Counted from the first letter of the stretch, positions 56,301 through 64,000 are shown. The stretch is 64,000 bases of DNA from Nitrospirota bacterium (GCA_040758355.1 JBFLWF010000002.1:1-64000), one strand, 5' to 3'. The notes: a model not told the origin generated them from the sequence alone. Made by a program: numbers and translations.

Positions 56301-56561
56301 TTTGATGGGCAACAGTTTGATGCACAGACATGTGAAGATGTGTCAGCGGATGCCGCCTTAGCTATTCAGAATATTCTGAAATGTAACTGGAAGGTTCATT
56401 TTTGGAATGATGCAGACGCTCAGAAGAAGGCTATTAATGATATTGACGATTTCCTTTATGACGAGATAAAGGGCAGGCGGGGTATTCCGCTTTCTACCGA
56501 GCAGATGGACGAGATTATTGAGCGGGTAATGCATCTTGCTCAACGCAGGATGTCATTATGA
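53340..56561 (+). CDS. hsdR: Type I restriction endonuclease subunit R
   Basis: RPDIVLFVNGIP..IECK, WHTQGSGKS, DEAHR, FTGTP, LLTGFDAP, QAIARVNR. Confidence 0.96.
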   Translation: MKSFRFNEKYLSQIPALQQLINLGFNYLTPEQALTERQGRFGNVLLEGILRKQLKSINRIQHRGQEYLFSEENIQSAIQKLKNVKWDGLQKTNEAVYDMLTLGTSLEQTIEGDTRSYTLRYIDWGDWKNNIYHVTAEFSVERTRSDETTRPDIVLFVNGIPFAVIECKSPKEDINKAVEQTIRNQQDEFIPRLYSYSQLVIGINKNAAVYATAGTARRFWSSWQELRYKDKDVEVSVKRHLKPEIKDELFSGDFGHARKFFDDMEKEGGREITEQDRAVFSLCKPERLLELAHKFTIFDGGIKKIARYQQYFVVKSTIDRVKQFDSEGRRKGGIIWHTQGSGKSLTMIWLARNLALDPDISNPRIVLVTDRVDLDRQLSNTFAACGLDKHRAKTGRDLLDLVSEKKAAIVTTLVHKFDKALNVKKYQDESIDIFMLVDEAHRTQFKNLHARMRQMFPRACYLGFTGTPLMKKEKNNFIKFGGLIEPHYSIKQAVKDKQVVPLLYEGRYVEMEQDKAAIDLWFERHTQGLTPEQRADLKKKYARAEMLNKADKVIYMRAFDISEHYRQNWQNTPFKAQLVAPSKLAALKYHEFLNEFGHVTSEVIISPPDQREGYEEVEEGPVDEVVKFWQKMMKRYGSEEEYNKQITSQFLYAEEPEILIVVDKLLTGFDAPRNTVMYLCRTLREHTLLQAIARVNRLYEDEAHNPKEYGYIVDHASILGELDKALTMYADAGLEDFDEEDLEGTLTSIHREVAKLPQAYSDLWDIFKEVRNRYDEEVYELLLGDEALREEFYQRLAEYSKILAMALSTEQFIINTPDEKLMQYKNALKRFHNLKASVKLRYAETIDYRDYEPKIKKLLDTHIQANQVIQLNEPVNIFDDKMFWQVKEEQGVYVTKTTASRADAIAHAVKKVITEKMEEDPAFYEKFSKLIQQAIDAYRAKRISDIEYLKRVTEIRDKVVTREHDDIPAKLNKNEDAQAFYGVLKPIFDGQQFDAQTCEDVSADAALAIQNILKCNWKVHFWNDADAQKKAINDIDDFLYDEIKGRRGIPLSTEQMDEIIERVMHLAQRRMSL

Positions 56562-57271
56562 GAAGTTACAGAAGCAGTATTAAATATGGAAAAGAGAAAA
56601 TAACCTTTGATGTTTCACACGCAGACCGGAAAACCATGGAGATAGGCGTGCATCCGGACATTCGGGTGATAGTAAAAGCGCCGGAGGGTGTAGCGCCGGA
56701 AGTTGTTAAGAAACGTGTCGCAAGGCGGGCCAGATGGATAAAGAAGCAAATAGACTATTTTAGAAAGTTTGAGCCGCGCACTCCTGATAGATGTTATGTC
56801 GGGGGCGAAACACACCTGTTCCTCGGTCGGCAATATAGATTGAAGATAAGAAAGCATAACAGTTGTGAAGTGAAGCTTAAGGGTGGATATTTTTATGTAA
56901 CGACTTCCGCTCCTAATAATACTCAGAAGATCAGGGATATGCTCTTTGATTGGTATAAGTCTCGCGCTATTGTTATATTCTCCAGACGTCTTGAAGTTTG
57001 TTATGAAGCGGCTAAAAAATTGGATATCGGGTTTCCAAAACTGCGCGTTAAAAAGATGTCTAAAAGGTGGGGTAGTTGCGGTAAATCTGGTGATATTATT
57101 TTGAATACCGAACTTGTTAAAGCGCCTATATATTGTATTGATTACGTAATCATGCATGAGCTTTGTCATCTGAGAGTGCACACGCATAATAATGAATACT
57201 ATCGGCTTTTGTCGAAATATATGCCTGATTGGGAGAAGAGGAAAGATAGACTGGAGAAGGTTTTTTTATGA
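56558..57271 (+). CDS. YgjP/DUF45 (M48/SprT-like) zinc metallohydrolase
   Basis: RWGSC, YVIMHELCHL, H...Y..L..YMPDW; usual position after hsdR. Confidence 0.9.
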   Translation: MRSYRSSIKYGKEKITFDVSHADRKTMEIGVHPDIRVIVKAPEGVAPEVVKKRVARRARWIKKQIDYFRKFEPRTPDRCYVGGETHLFLGRQYRLKIRKHNSCEVKLKGGYFYVTTSAPNNTQKIRDMLFDWYKSRAIVIFSRRLEVCYEAAKKLDIGFPKLRVKKMSKRWGSCGKSGDIILNTELVKAPIYCIDYVIMHELCHLRVHTHNNEYYRLLSKYMPDWEKRKDRLEKVFL

Positions 57272-57310
57272 AACAGCGTGATTATTATATGTGTGGGAGG
57301 TGTAAATAGT

Positions 57311-57868
57311 ATGGGGATGTTTGACACTATCTATTTTGATAAACCATATCTTTGTCCGAAGTGCAGGGCAAAGATAGCCTCTACCCAGACAAAGGCCTTT
57401 GAGCAGGCATTGATTAATTTTCATGTGAAGGACTGTGCAGCCCATGCAGAGGAAATAAGAATCATTAAAGAAGAACTATTTTGTAATAAGTGTTCAAGAT
57501 TTACTGGGCAACATGTTTACATTGCCATATTCAGAGGCATTCTTGCGGGCGTGGCTGATTCATTGCAAGAAGCTAAGGACATGGTTGATGACATGAATTT
57601 TGAGAAATTGATTCTGTGGTATCACGATTTATATAAGGAATACGACAGGACAGTTAGAGAAAAAGAGGGTGTCATTAGGTTTCTGGGAAGTGTGGTCGAA
57701 TGGTTCGAACAAGGCCGCCATAAAAAGAAAAAGGATAAGGCGGGAGGTATCGGCGATATCCTTTTCCTTTTTGATAGGGAATACCTGAAGGGAGCGAAAG
57801 ACCCTCTTGAGGCGATAAAGAGATTTCTGGCAGCGAAACAAAAAGAGAAAAAGAACGGGACATATTAG
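57311..57868 (+). CDS. Hypothetical protein with Zn-ribbon-like cysteines
   Basis: GGAGG SD before ATG 57311; MGMFD, CPKC, QTK, CNKC. Confidence 0.75.
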   Translation: MGMFDTIYFDKPYLCPKCRAKIASTQTKAFEQALINFHVKDCAAHAEEIRIIKEELFCNKCSRFTGQHVYIAIFRGILAGVADSLQEAKDMVDDMNFEKLILWYHDLYKEYDRTVREKEGVIRFLGSVVEWFEQGRHKKKKDKAGGIGDILFLFDREYLKGAKDPLEAIKRFLAAKQKEKKNGTY

Positions 57869-57869
57869 A

Positions 57870-58460
57870 ATGACCAAAACTGAAACCGAGAAAGTATTTT
57901 TCAAGGATATAATTCGCTACTGCACCTTTAAAAAAGTAAAAGATGCCTTGCTGGAACTTTATCCCGACCAAAAGAAAGTAGTAAAAGGATACAAATATGT
58001 TTTTGAAACCTTAAAGCTTATGAGACTCAGATACAGTAAAGACGGGATGGTTATTGATATACGAAGAGTCGGCAGAGGCAGGAATGCATATTTCTCTGTC
58101 AGCGGTGTTTGTAGTCAGGATGGAGTGAAACAGTCGTATGCCATTGAATATATGCCCTGGTCGAAGTGGCTCGGATGTGAAGTGGATAGAAAAGTTTTAA
58201 GGAAAATGACGAGGGAAGAAATAGCAGCTCATTGCCTATGGGAGATGACCTTTGCCGGCTTTACTCAGGACAGGATCAGGCGTGAGATAAATAAATTGAG
58301 AAAGCGGGTAGAGGATCTTAAAGCAGGCAGGGTGAAGACTATTCCCCACGAAGAAGTAATGAAAATGCTTAAAGATAAATTAGGTAATATCAACAACCGA
58401 CAGCTCATGGCTCTGATGGAGGATAGGCAAATCTTTGCCTATCCCCAGTTTATTTATTAG
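57870..58460 (+). CDS. Hypothetical protein (DUF6557-like)
   Basis: YAIEYMPWSKWLG and AHCLWEMTFAGF motifs. Confidence 0.65.
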   Translation: MTKTETEKVFFKDIIRYCTFKKVKDALLELYPDQKKVVKGYKYVFETLKLMRLRYSKDGMVIDIRRVGRGRNAYFSVSGVCSQDGVKQSYAIEYMPWSKWLGCEVDRKVLRKMTREEIAAHCLWEMTFAGFTQDRIRREINKLRKRVEDLKAGRVKTIPHEEVMKMLKDKLGNINNRQLMALMEDRQIFAYPQFIY

Positions 58461-58615
58461 TTGAAACCGATGGGCTTAGGTCTGTTCCTTGACATTTCAC
58501 TATTTATTAGAAACTCGGCAACATTTGTACACCAGCATTTTCAAGTCAACAAATAAATAAAGTTATTGCGGGAAACCTGACTTAGCTGATCATTGCAGGG
58601 TAAAAGTCTTTCCCA

Positions 58616-58893
58616 TTACGCCCTCAGAATCCGCTGTTGTAAAAGCTCTTCGCAGTTGCGCCGGACGTCAAGCACGGCGTGGATGAAAACGGTTTTGCCA
58701 CTGACTTCATATATGATGCGATAGGGTTTGAAAAATATTTCCCTGAAATCGAGTATTCCCAACCGCTGCATCTCAGGCGGGTGATTGCCTCGGGCAGGCA
58801 TTGTTTCAAGGGAAGTCATTGCCTTTTGTATGTTGTCAAGCAGATGCTCTGCCTTCCGCGGAGAGTCGTTATTCGCTACATACCTGTAGATTG
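58616..58893 (-). pseudogene. 5'-truncated duplicate of the RelE/ParE toxin gene
   Basis: 58615-58893 is nearly identical to 59451-59729 but lacks the first ~16 codons. Confidence 0.85.
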
Positions 58894-59020
58894 TCAACAA
58901 TGACTGGGGTCAGGTCTTGCTTCTTGCCATTTCATCATTTATTAAAAACTCGGCTTGGCAGAGTCTTGCTGAAGCACTCAAACAGTGCAATAGAGCAGAA
59001 GCGCGGAAGGGGAATTTAAA

Positions 59021-59236
59021 TTACTGAGCGTGTAATGCGAGGTCTTCGAGTGTAACTTTCTTGAACACGTCCTTTGTCCCAAAACGCTTCACTGCATCTA
59101 ATATCTCAATGCCTGCTATTTTACCTTCGGCATCGTAATCCACTGCGATCCCTTCAGCAACATGCTTGGTTGTTACTGTTGTCTCTATGAAACGGATGTA
59201 CAGAGCATCAACCTCAGAGTCATATGTTATTCTCAC
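59021..59236 (-). CDS. DUF2283 family protein (putative antitoxin)
   Basis: MRITYDSEVDALYIRF...DYDAEGKIAGIEILDA. Confidence 0.88.
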   Translation of the reverse strand: MRITYDSEVDALYIRFIETTVTTKHVAEGIAVDYDAEGKIAGIEILDAVKRFGTKDVFKKVTLEDLALHAQ

Positions 59237-59251
59237 CCTTATCCCTCCTTC

Positions 59252-59305
59252 TCAAATGAAAATAAGTTGTTCTTTTGCATGTCCTGATAACCTTATTGGT
59301 TTCAT
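59252..59305 (-). pseudogene. Internally deleted DUF4258-like toxin remnant
   Basis: MKPIRLSGHAKEQLIFI* directly upstream of DUF2283; matches the DUF4258 N-terminal SxHA motif. Confidence 0.55.
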
Positions 59306-59451
59306 TGTAAGCACATTTTATACTAAACGCGTCAATTTTTCAGCACTAATCTTTGCCTTCTTCAATCTCATCACAGTGTTTGGTGTTTGGGATCAGCTTT
59401 TGATTTTATATTTACATAATTTTTTAGAAACCCAGCTTGTCGATACTTGAA

Positions 59452-59778
59452 TTACGCCCTCAGAATCCGCTGTTGTAAGAGGTCTTCGCAGTTGCGCCGG
59501 CCGTCAAGCACGGCGTGGATGAAAACGGTTTTGCCCTTGATTTCATATATGATATGATAGGGTTTGAAGAATATTTCTCTGAAATCGAGTATTCCCAATC
59601 GCTGCATCTCAGGCGGGTGATTGCTCCGTGCAGGCATTGTTTCAAGGGAAGTCATTGCCTTTTGTATGTTGTCAATCAGATGCTCTGCCTTCCGCGGAGA
59701 GTCGTTATTCGCTACATACCTGTAGATTGCGTAAAGGTCGCCTGACGCTACATTATCTATGCGGACTTCGTATTTCAT
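59452..59778 (-). CDS. RelE/ParE family toxin
   Basis: DL..IY.Y.A..DSP..A, L...P.R, FREI..KPY.IIYE, VLDGRR. Confidence 0.9.
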   Translation of the reverse strand: MKYEVRIDNVASGDLYAIYRYVANNDSPRKAEHLIDNIQKAMTSLETMPARSNHPPEMQRLGILDFREIFFKPYHIIYEIKGKTVFIHAVLDGRRNCEDLLQQRILRA

Positions 59779-60059
59779 GCCTTCCCGGCAGAGCGTATTT
59801 TCTTTTTCAATTCTCCGAATGCCTGATGAAGGGGTTTATGCCTGCCTTCAAGCATATCTTTTCTTCCCATTGCCAGGATCTTCAGCATAGCCATGCTTTC
59901 GCGGTCTTTTTCATATTCCTTTATGTCCTGAATTATTGCCCGCGCCTCTCCGTTTACGGTTACGACAACTGGATTGCCGGTTTCGGATATTTCTCCGATT
60001 ATTTCCGACGCGTGAGATTTAATATGGCTTATGGGTTTGACGGCTGCGCTCAGTTTCAT
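59775..60059 (-). CDS. Phd/YefM family antitoxin
   Basis: KPIS.IKSHASEII....ETGNPVVVTVNGEA; overlaps the toxin start. Confidence 0.9.
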   Translation of the reverse strand: MKLSAAVKPISHIKSHASEIIGEISETGNPVVVTVNGEARAIIQDIKEYEKDRESMAMLKILAMGRKDMLEGRHKPLHQAFGELKKKIRSAGKA

Positions 60060-60220
60060 CTCTTCCTCCTTAAATGACTAAAATTAAGTCTTTATTCAGT
60101 CTATCAAATTTTAATGAGAAATTAAAGCATTTTTTGAGCGCAGGGACCTGTCCGAGGCTCACTGAAGCATGCCTGCCTTACATAAATCTCTCAATTTAAG
60201 TTAGAATAGCACCAATCTAT

Positions 60221-60871
60221 ATGGGTAAGGTAATCGCCATAGATGGGCCATCAGGCGCAGGAAAAAGCACAATATCAAGGCTTGTTGCTGAGAAGCTGGG
60301 TTTTCAGTTTCTCGATACAGGCGCATTGTATCGCGCCACGGCGCTGCATTTAAGGAGAAAGGCAATTGAGCCGGAAAGCCATGACAGCGAAATCCTTAAT
60401 GCGCTTAACGGCGTCACCATAAACTTTAAAAATGGCTGTGTCTTCTTAAACGGCGAGGATGTCTCAGAGGAGATAAGGACAACCGAGGCAGGCCATTATG
60501 CATCCGTCTTTTCGGCTAAGAAAGCTGTAAGAGATTTCCTGCTCCAGATCCAGCGTGATGCTGCTATTGAAAACGATATTGTGGCAGAGGGCAGGGATAT
60601 GACGACTGTCGTATTTCCCTCTGCATGGAAGAAGTTTTTCCTCGATGCCTCTGAGGAAGGAAGGGCAAGAAGGCGTTATCTTCAGTTAAAGGAAAAAGGC
60701 ATGGGTATAACAATGGAAGAGGCATTGAGGGACGTGCAGGAGAGGGACAAAAGGGACAGCAGCAGGGATATTGCTCCGCTTAAAAGGGCTGATGATGCCA
60801 TTTATATAGACACCACTGATTTGAATCTCGAAGAGGTTCTAAAAAAGGTATTGGAGGCAATAGGCAATTAA
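60221..60871 (+). CDS. cmk: Cytidylate kinase
   Basis: IAIDGPSGAGKST, LDTGALYRA, EGRD, RD..DSSR..APL. Confidence 0.97.
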   Translation: MGKVIAIDGPSGAGKSTISRLVAEKLGFQFLDTGALYRATALHLRRKAIEPESHDSEILNALNGVTINFKNGCVFLNGEDVSEEIRTTEAGHYASVFSAKKAVRDFLLQIQRDAAIENDIVAEGRDMTTVVFPSAWKKFFLDASEEGRARRRYLQLKEKGMGITMEEALRDVQERDKRDSSRDIAPLKRADDAIYIDTTDLNLEEVLKKVLEAIGN

Positions 60872-61472
60872 AATCCTTCATCTTCTTATCCGGCCTGTAG
60901 CCTATCTCTTGTTCAAGGTATTTTTCGGGCTCAAGGTTTACGGCCCGGAATTTATTCCTGAAAAGGGCGGTGTGATAATCGCTGCCAATCATGTAAGCTT
61001 CCTCGACCCTCCTCTTCTTGGGGTAGTTTTAAAGAGAAGGGCGACCTTTATCGCAAAAAGGTATCTCTTTTCTGTGCCGATCATAGGGCATATAGTGAAG
61101 CTTTATTCCATTCCTGTTGATGCTGGCAGGACACGGCCTTCAACCATAAAGGAGGCGGTGAAGAGGCTTAAGATGGGAGAATTGGTCGTTATATTTCCTG
61201 AAGGGGGAATAAACCTGAATGGAAGTTTTATCGACGCAAAGAGGGGGATAGGACTGATTGCTGCTATGAGCGGCGCCTACATAGTCCCCGCCTTTATTGA
61301 CGGTACGCAGAGGGCGCTGCCTGTTGGTTCGAAGTTTTTGCGGCCAGCGAAAATAGAGTTGCATTTCGGGCATCCTTTAAAATTAGAAGAAAACGAGGAT
61401 GCAAAGGAGTTTGAGGAAAGGATATGCATGGATATAATGGGCAAAATAAAGGCATTGTCCTCTTGCCTATAG
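60867..61472 (+). CDS. plsC: 1-acyl-sn-glycerol-3-phosphate acyltransferase
   Basis: NHVSFLDP, FIAK, FPEG; start uncertain (ATT 60867 or TTG 60909). Confidence 0.88.
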   Translation: MKILHLLIRPVAYLLFKVFFGLKVYGPEFIPEKGGVIIAANHVSFLDPPLLGVVLKRRATFIAKRYLFSVPIIGHIVKLYSIPVDAGRTRPSTIKEAVKRLKMGELVVIFPEGGINLNGSFIDAKRGIGLIAAMSGAYIVPAFIDGTQRALPVGSKFLRPAKIELHFGHPLKLEENEDAKEFEERICMDIMGKIKALSSCL

Positions 61473-61508
61473 CCTGTTCAATCCTGTATCCTATATCTGG
61501 ATTGTATT

Positions 61509-62384
61509 ATGGGTACCGGTCTTAAAATAATTACCGCGAAACGGGCAGGCTTCTGCTTCGGTGTAAAAAGGGCTGTTGACATGGCCTTTGATGCTGCCCA
61601 TAAAAACGGCCAAAAAGATGATAAAGAATGCTGCGATGTATATACCCTCGGCCCCGTCATCCACAACCCTCAGGTGATAGAGAAACTGAAGTCAGAAGGC
61701 GTACAGCCCACAGACGATATAGACAACCCAAAGATAAAAACCATTATAATAAGGACTCACGGCGTCCAGCAGGAAGTATCGGACAAACTGTCCAAAAAGG
61801 GATATAAAGTGGTGGATGCCACATGTCCCTTTGTTAAAAAGGCGCAGCAATATGCTAAACTCCTGAAGGAAGACGGCTATCAGGTTATTATCATTGGAGA
61901 TAAGGATCATCCGGAGGTCAAGGGCTTGATGAGCTATGCGGGTGAAGATGTGGTCGTTGTTAATAAAGACGACGGCTTGCCTCATCTTAAAAGCAGGGTC
62001 GGGTTTGTCGTGCAGACAACGCAGCCTCTGAGCGTCCTGAAGAAATTTATATCCGAGGCAGTAGAGCAGGTAAAGGAGATGAAGGTGTTCAATACCATTT
62101 GCAATTCCACCGCACTGAGGCTTAAAGAGACCAAGGAGATGGCAGGGAAGGTGGATGTGATGATCGTTGTGGGCGGCAAAAACAGCGCCAACACAACCCA
62201 GCTTGCCCAGTTATGTAATTCCATGTCTATTCCAGCGTACCATATAGAGACGGCTTCGGAGATAAAGGACGAATGGTTTTCAAATGCAGATAAAGTCGGA
62301 ATAACTGCAGGGGCATCGACCCCTGATTGGATCATAAAAGATGTGGAAAAAAGAATTAGGGATATAGGAGGAGAGGGATCGTAA
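61509..62384 (+). CDS. ispH: 4-hydroxy-3-methylbut-2-enyl diphosphate reductase
   Basis: GFCFGVKRA, IHN, RTHG, DATCPFV, HPEV, TICN, GITAGASTP. Confidence 0.97.
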   Translation: MGTGLKIITAKRAGFCFGVKRAVDMAFDAAHKNGQKDDKECCDVYTLGPVIHNPQVIEKLKSEGVQPTDDIDNPKIKTIIIRTHGVQQEVSDKLSKKGYKVVDATCPFVKKAQQYAKLLKEDGYQVIIIGDKDHPEVKGLMSYAGEDVVVVNKDDGLPHLKSRVGFVVQTTQPLSVLKKFISEAVEQVKEMKVFNTICNSTALRLKETKEMAGKVDVMIVVGGKNSANTTQLAQLCNSMSIPAYHIETASEIKDEWFSNADKVGITAGASTPDWIIKDVEKRIRDIGGEGS

Positions 62385-63997
62385 TGGAAACACAAACAAA
62401 GGAAGAAACAAAAGACCTTGAGAAGCTCTATGCCGAGACGCTGCATAGAGTAGAAAGGGGAGGCATCACAAAGGGCAAAATCATTGCGGTGAAGAGCGAT
62501 GTCGTGGTGGTGGATGTGGGGTACAAGTCAGAGGGGATAATTCCTGTTGCCGAGTTTACCGAAGATGAGCTTTCGAACTTAAAAGAGGGCGATAACGTAG
62601 AGGTATTTGTAGAAAGGATAAACGACCAGGAAGGTGTTGTAATTCTTTCCAGGGACAGGGCATCAAAGATAAGGACATGGGAGATGTTGACCGAGGCGCA
62701 CAGCAGCAATGTCAGGGTGGAAGGAAGAGTGGTTGGAAAGACAAAAGGAGGATTGTTTGTTGATATAAAGGGCATAAAGGCATTTCTTCCGTCTTCGCAG
62801 ATAGATATCAAGGCGGTTAAAGACATAGATTCTTATATAGGACAAACTATGGCCGTGAGAATACTCAAGATAACGCCGCCGAGGGGGTATGCCAATGTTC
62901 TCAGTAATCAGGCATCGGTGATTGTATCCCGGAGGGCTGTGATGGAGGAAGAGAGGCATGTAAGAAAGGAAGAGACGCTTAAACTGCTGAAAGAGGGTGC
63001 TCTACTGAAAGGCATTGTAAAAAATATTACCGATTACGGCGTATTTGTCGACCTCGGCGGCATCGACGGTCTTCTTCATATATCGGACATATCATGGAGA
63101 AGGGTTAATCACCCTTCGGAATTCTTCTCTGTAGGCGACGAGAGGGAGTTTGTTGTACTTAAATACGACGAGGGTACTGAGAAGGTTACACTCGGGTACA
63201 AGCAGAAAAAGCAGGATCCGTGGATTTCTGTGGAAGATAAGTATAAAGCCGGGATGAAGCTCAAAGGGAAGGTTGTAAGCATAACGGATTATGGTGTTTT
63301 TGTTGAGATAGAGGAAGGACTCGAAGGCCTTATCCATGTATCGGAACTGGATTGGGCCCCGAGGCCAAAGCATCCTTCAAAATATGTCTCCGGCGGAGAC
63401 GAGGTAGAGGCAGCAGTTATCAATGTCAATAAGGACGAGAGAAAATTATCCCTTACCATCAAGCAGTTGAAGCCCAGGCCGTGGGACCTTGTAGGCCAAA
63501 ATTACAAGGTCGGACAGAGGATAACCGGAAAGGTAAAGACTGTCACCGATTTCGGCGCCTTTGTGAGGCTCCCGGAGGGTGTTGACGGGCTTATACATAT
63601 TTCGGACCTGTCATGGATAAAGCACATAAAGCATCCGTCAGAGGTATTGAAAAAGGGCCAGAAGATCGATGCTGTCATCCTCGGCCTTGAGCCTGATAAA
63701 GAAAGGATGGCCCTTGGAATAAAACAGATGACCCCGGACCCATGGCAGAGCGAAATCCCGGCAAAATTCAGGCTCGGGGATGAGTTCAAGGGAAAGGTGT
63801 TAAGGATTACTGACTTTGGGATTTTTGTAGAGCTTGAAGGAGGAGTGGAAGGACTCGTTTATTCGTCAGAGGTGGATGCCTCCATGGAAATTAAAGAGGG
63901 CGATGAAATATGGGTGAGGATTATAAAGGTGAATGTGGAGGAAAGAAAAATAGGTCTCAGTATGAAGAACCTGAAAAGTGCAGCAGTGGAGCGATGA
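62384..63997 (+). CDS. rpsA: 30S ribosomal protein S1
   Basis: Six S1 domains (KSEG, AFLPSSQ, DGLLHISD, EGLIHVSE); cmk-plsC-ispH-rpsA order. Confidence 0.96.
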   Translation: METQTKEETKDLEKLYAETLHRVERGGITKGKIIAVKSDVVVVDVGYKSEGIIPVAEFTEDELSNLKEGDNVEVFVERINDQEGVVILSRDRASKIRTWEMLTEAHSSNVRVEGRVVGKTKGGLFVDIKGIKAFLPSSQIDIKAVKDIDSYIGQTMAVRILKITPPRGYANVLSNQASVIVSRRAVMEEERHVRKEETLKLLKEGALLKGIVKNITDYGVFVDLGGIDGLLHISDISWRRVNHPSEFFSVGDEREFVVLKYDEGTEKVTLGYKQKKQDPWISVEDKYKAGMKLKGKVVSITDYGVFVEIEEGLEGLIHVSELDWAPRPKHPSKYVSGGDEVEAAVINVNKDERKLSLTIKQLKPRPWDLVGQNYKVGQRITGKVKTVTDFGAFVRLPEGVDGLIHISDLSWIKHIKHPSEVLKKGQKIDAVILGLEPDKERMALGIKQMTPDPWQSEIPAKFRLGDEFKGKVLRITDFGIFVELEGGVEGLVYSSEVDASMEIKEGDEIWVRIIKVNVEERKIGLSMKNLKSAAVER

Positions 63998-64000
63998 GTA

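Larger units (their letters stand above)
48437..60220. mobile_element. Defence island 2 inserted between aroA and cmk (no integrase seen)
   Basis: RM, peptidase and TA genes interrupt the commonly contiguous aroA-cmk order. Confidence 0.7.

Noticed and set aside
58471..58954. Integron attC sites
   Set aside because: No clear RYYYAAC...GTTRRRY boxes with internal dyad, and no integron integrase.
48422..60212. Possible target duplication for island 2 (aggatagcgc vs agaatagcac, both reading RIA in frame)
   Set aside because: Only 8/10 identity, and the right copy overlaps a plausible -10 (TAGAAT) for cmk; not distinguishable from chance.
374..63789. Numerous 60-280 aa ORFs antisense to or overlapping well-supported genes (e.g. 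29160-29828, 50295-51035, 54285-55133, 47671-48267)
   Set aside because: Shadow ORFs with no recognisable motifs, lying opposite confident genes.
1..64000. CRISPR array, tRNA or rRNA genes
   Set aside because: No repeat-spacer periodicity (arrays are contiguous 7-12-nt units without unique spacers), no cas genes, and no cloverleaf or rRNA-like stretch recognised.
63994..64000. ATG overlapping the rpsA stop (next gene start)
   Set aside because: Only two codons are visible; product cannot be assigned.

Overview
Bacterial chromosome segment. A Nitrospirota/Thermodesulfovibrionia-like anaerobe is my inference from gene content and order; it is unverified. The backbone is housekeeping: hldC-NUDIX-rseP-dxr-cdsA-uppS; bamD-sirC-gnnA/gnnB-like-lpxB-msbA-waaA-lpxK; uvrA; futalosine menaquinone genes mqnE/mqnC/mqnB; trxB, csp, folD, pyrE, nadB; and pyk-pheA-hisC-aroF-tyrA-aroA // cmk-plsC-ispH-rpsA. 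Two integrase-less defence islands interrupt it. Island 1 (~21.5-31.8 kb, between mqnE and mqnC) holds a type III-like Mod/Res pair split by a TcmP-like plus radical-SAM pair, followed by a RelE-like/SF1 helicase/ankyrin fusion. Island 2 (~48.4-60.2 kb, between aroA and cmk) holds a convergent-promoter/antisense-RNA leader, a small GIY-YIG-like gene, a type I RM with two HsdS genes, a four-helix-bundle gene, a YgjP-like peptidase and toxin-antitoxin debris. The most striking unexplained signal is a repeat system. Both four-helix-bundle (IVS-protein/Avd-like) genes are bracketed by inverted arrays of 7- or 9-nt tandem units. About 30 such 3-5-unit arrays occur across the window (including those four arms), some as empty hairpins and many in frame inside essential genes, with the same units recurring at unrelated loci. 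No rRNA, tRNA or CRISPR array was seen. All calls come from motif recognition by eye; no searches were run.
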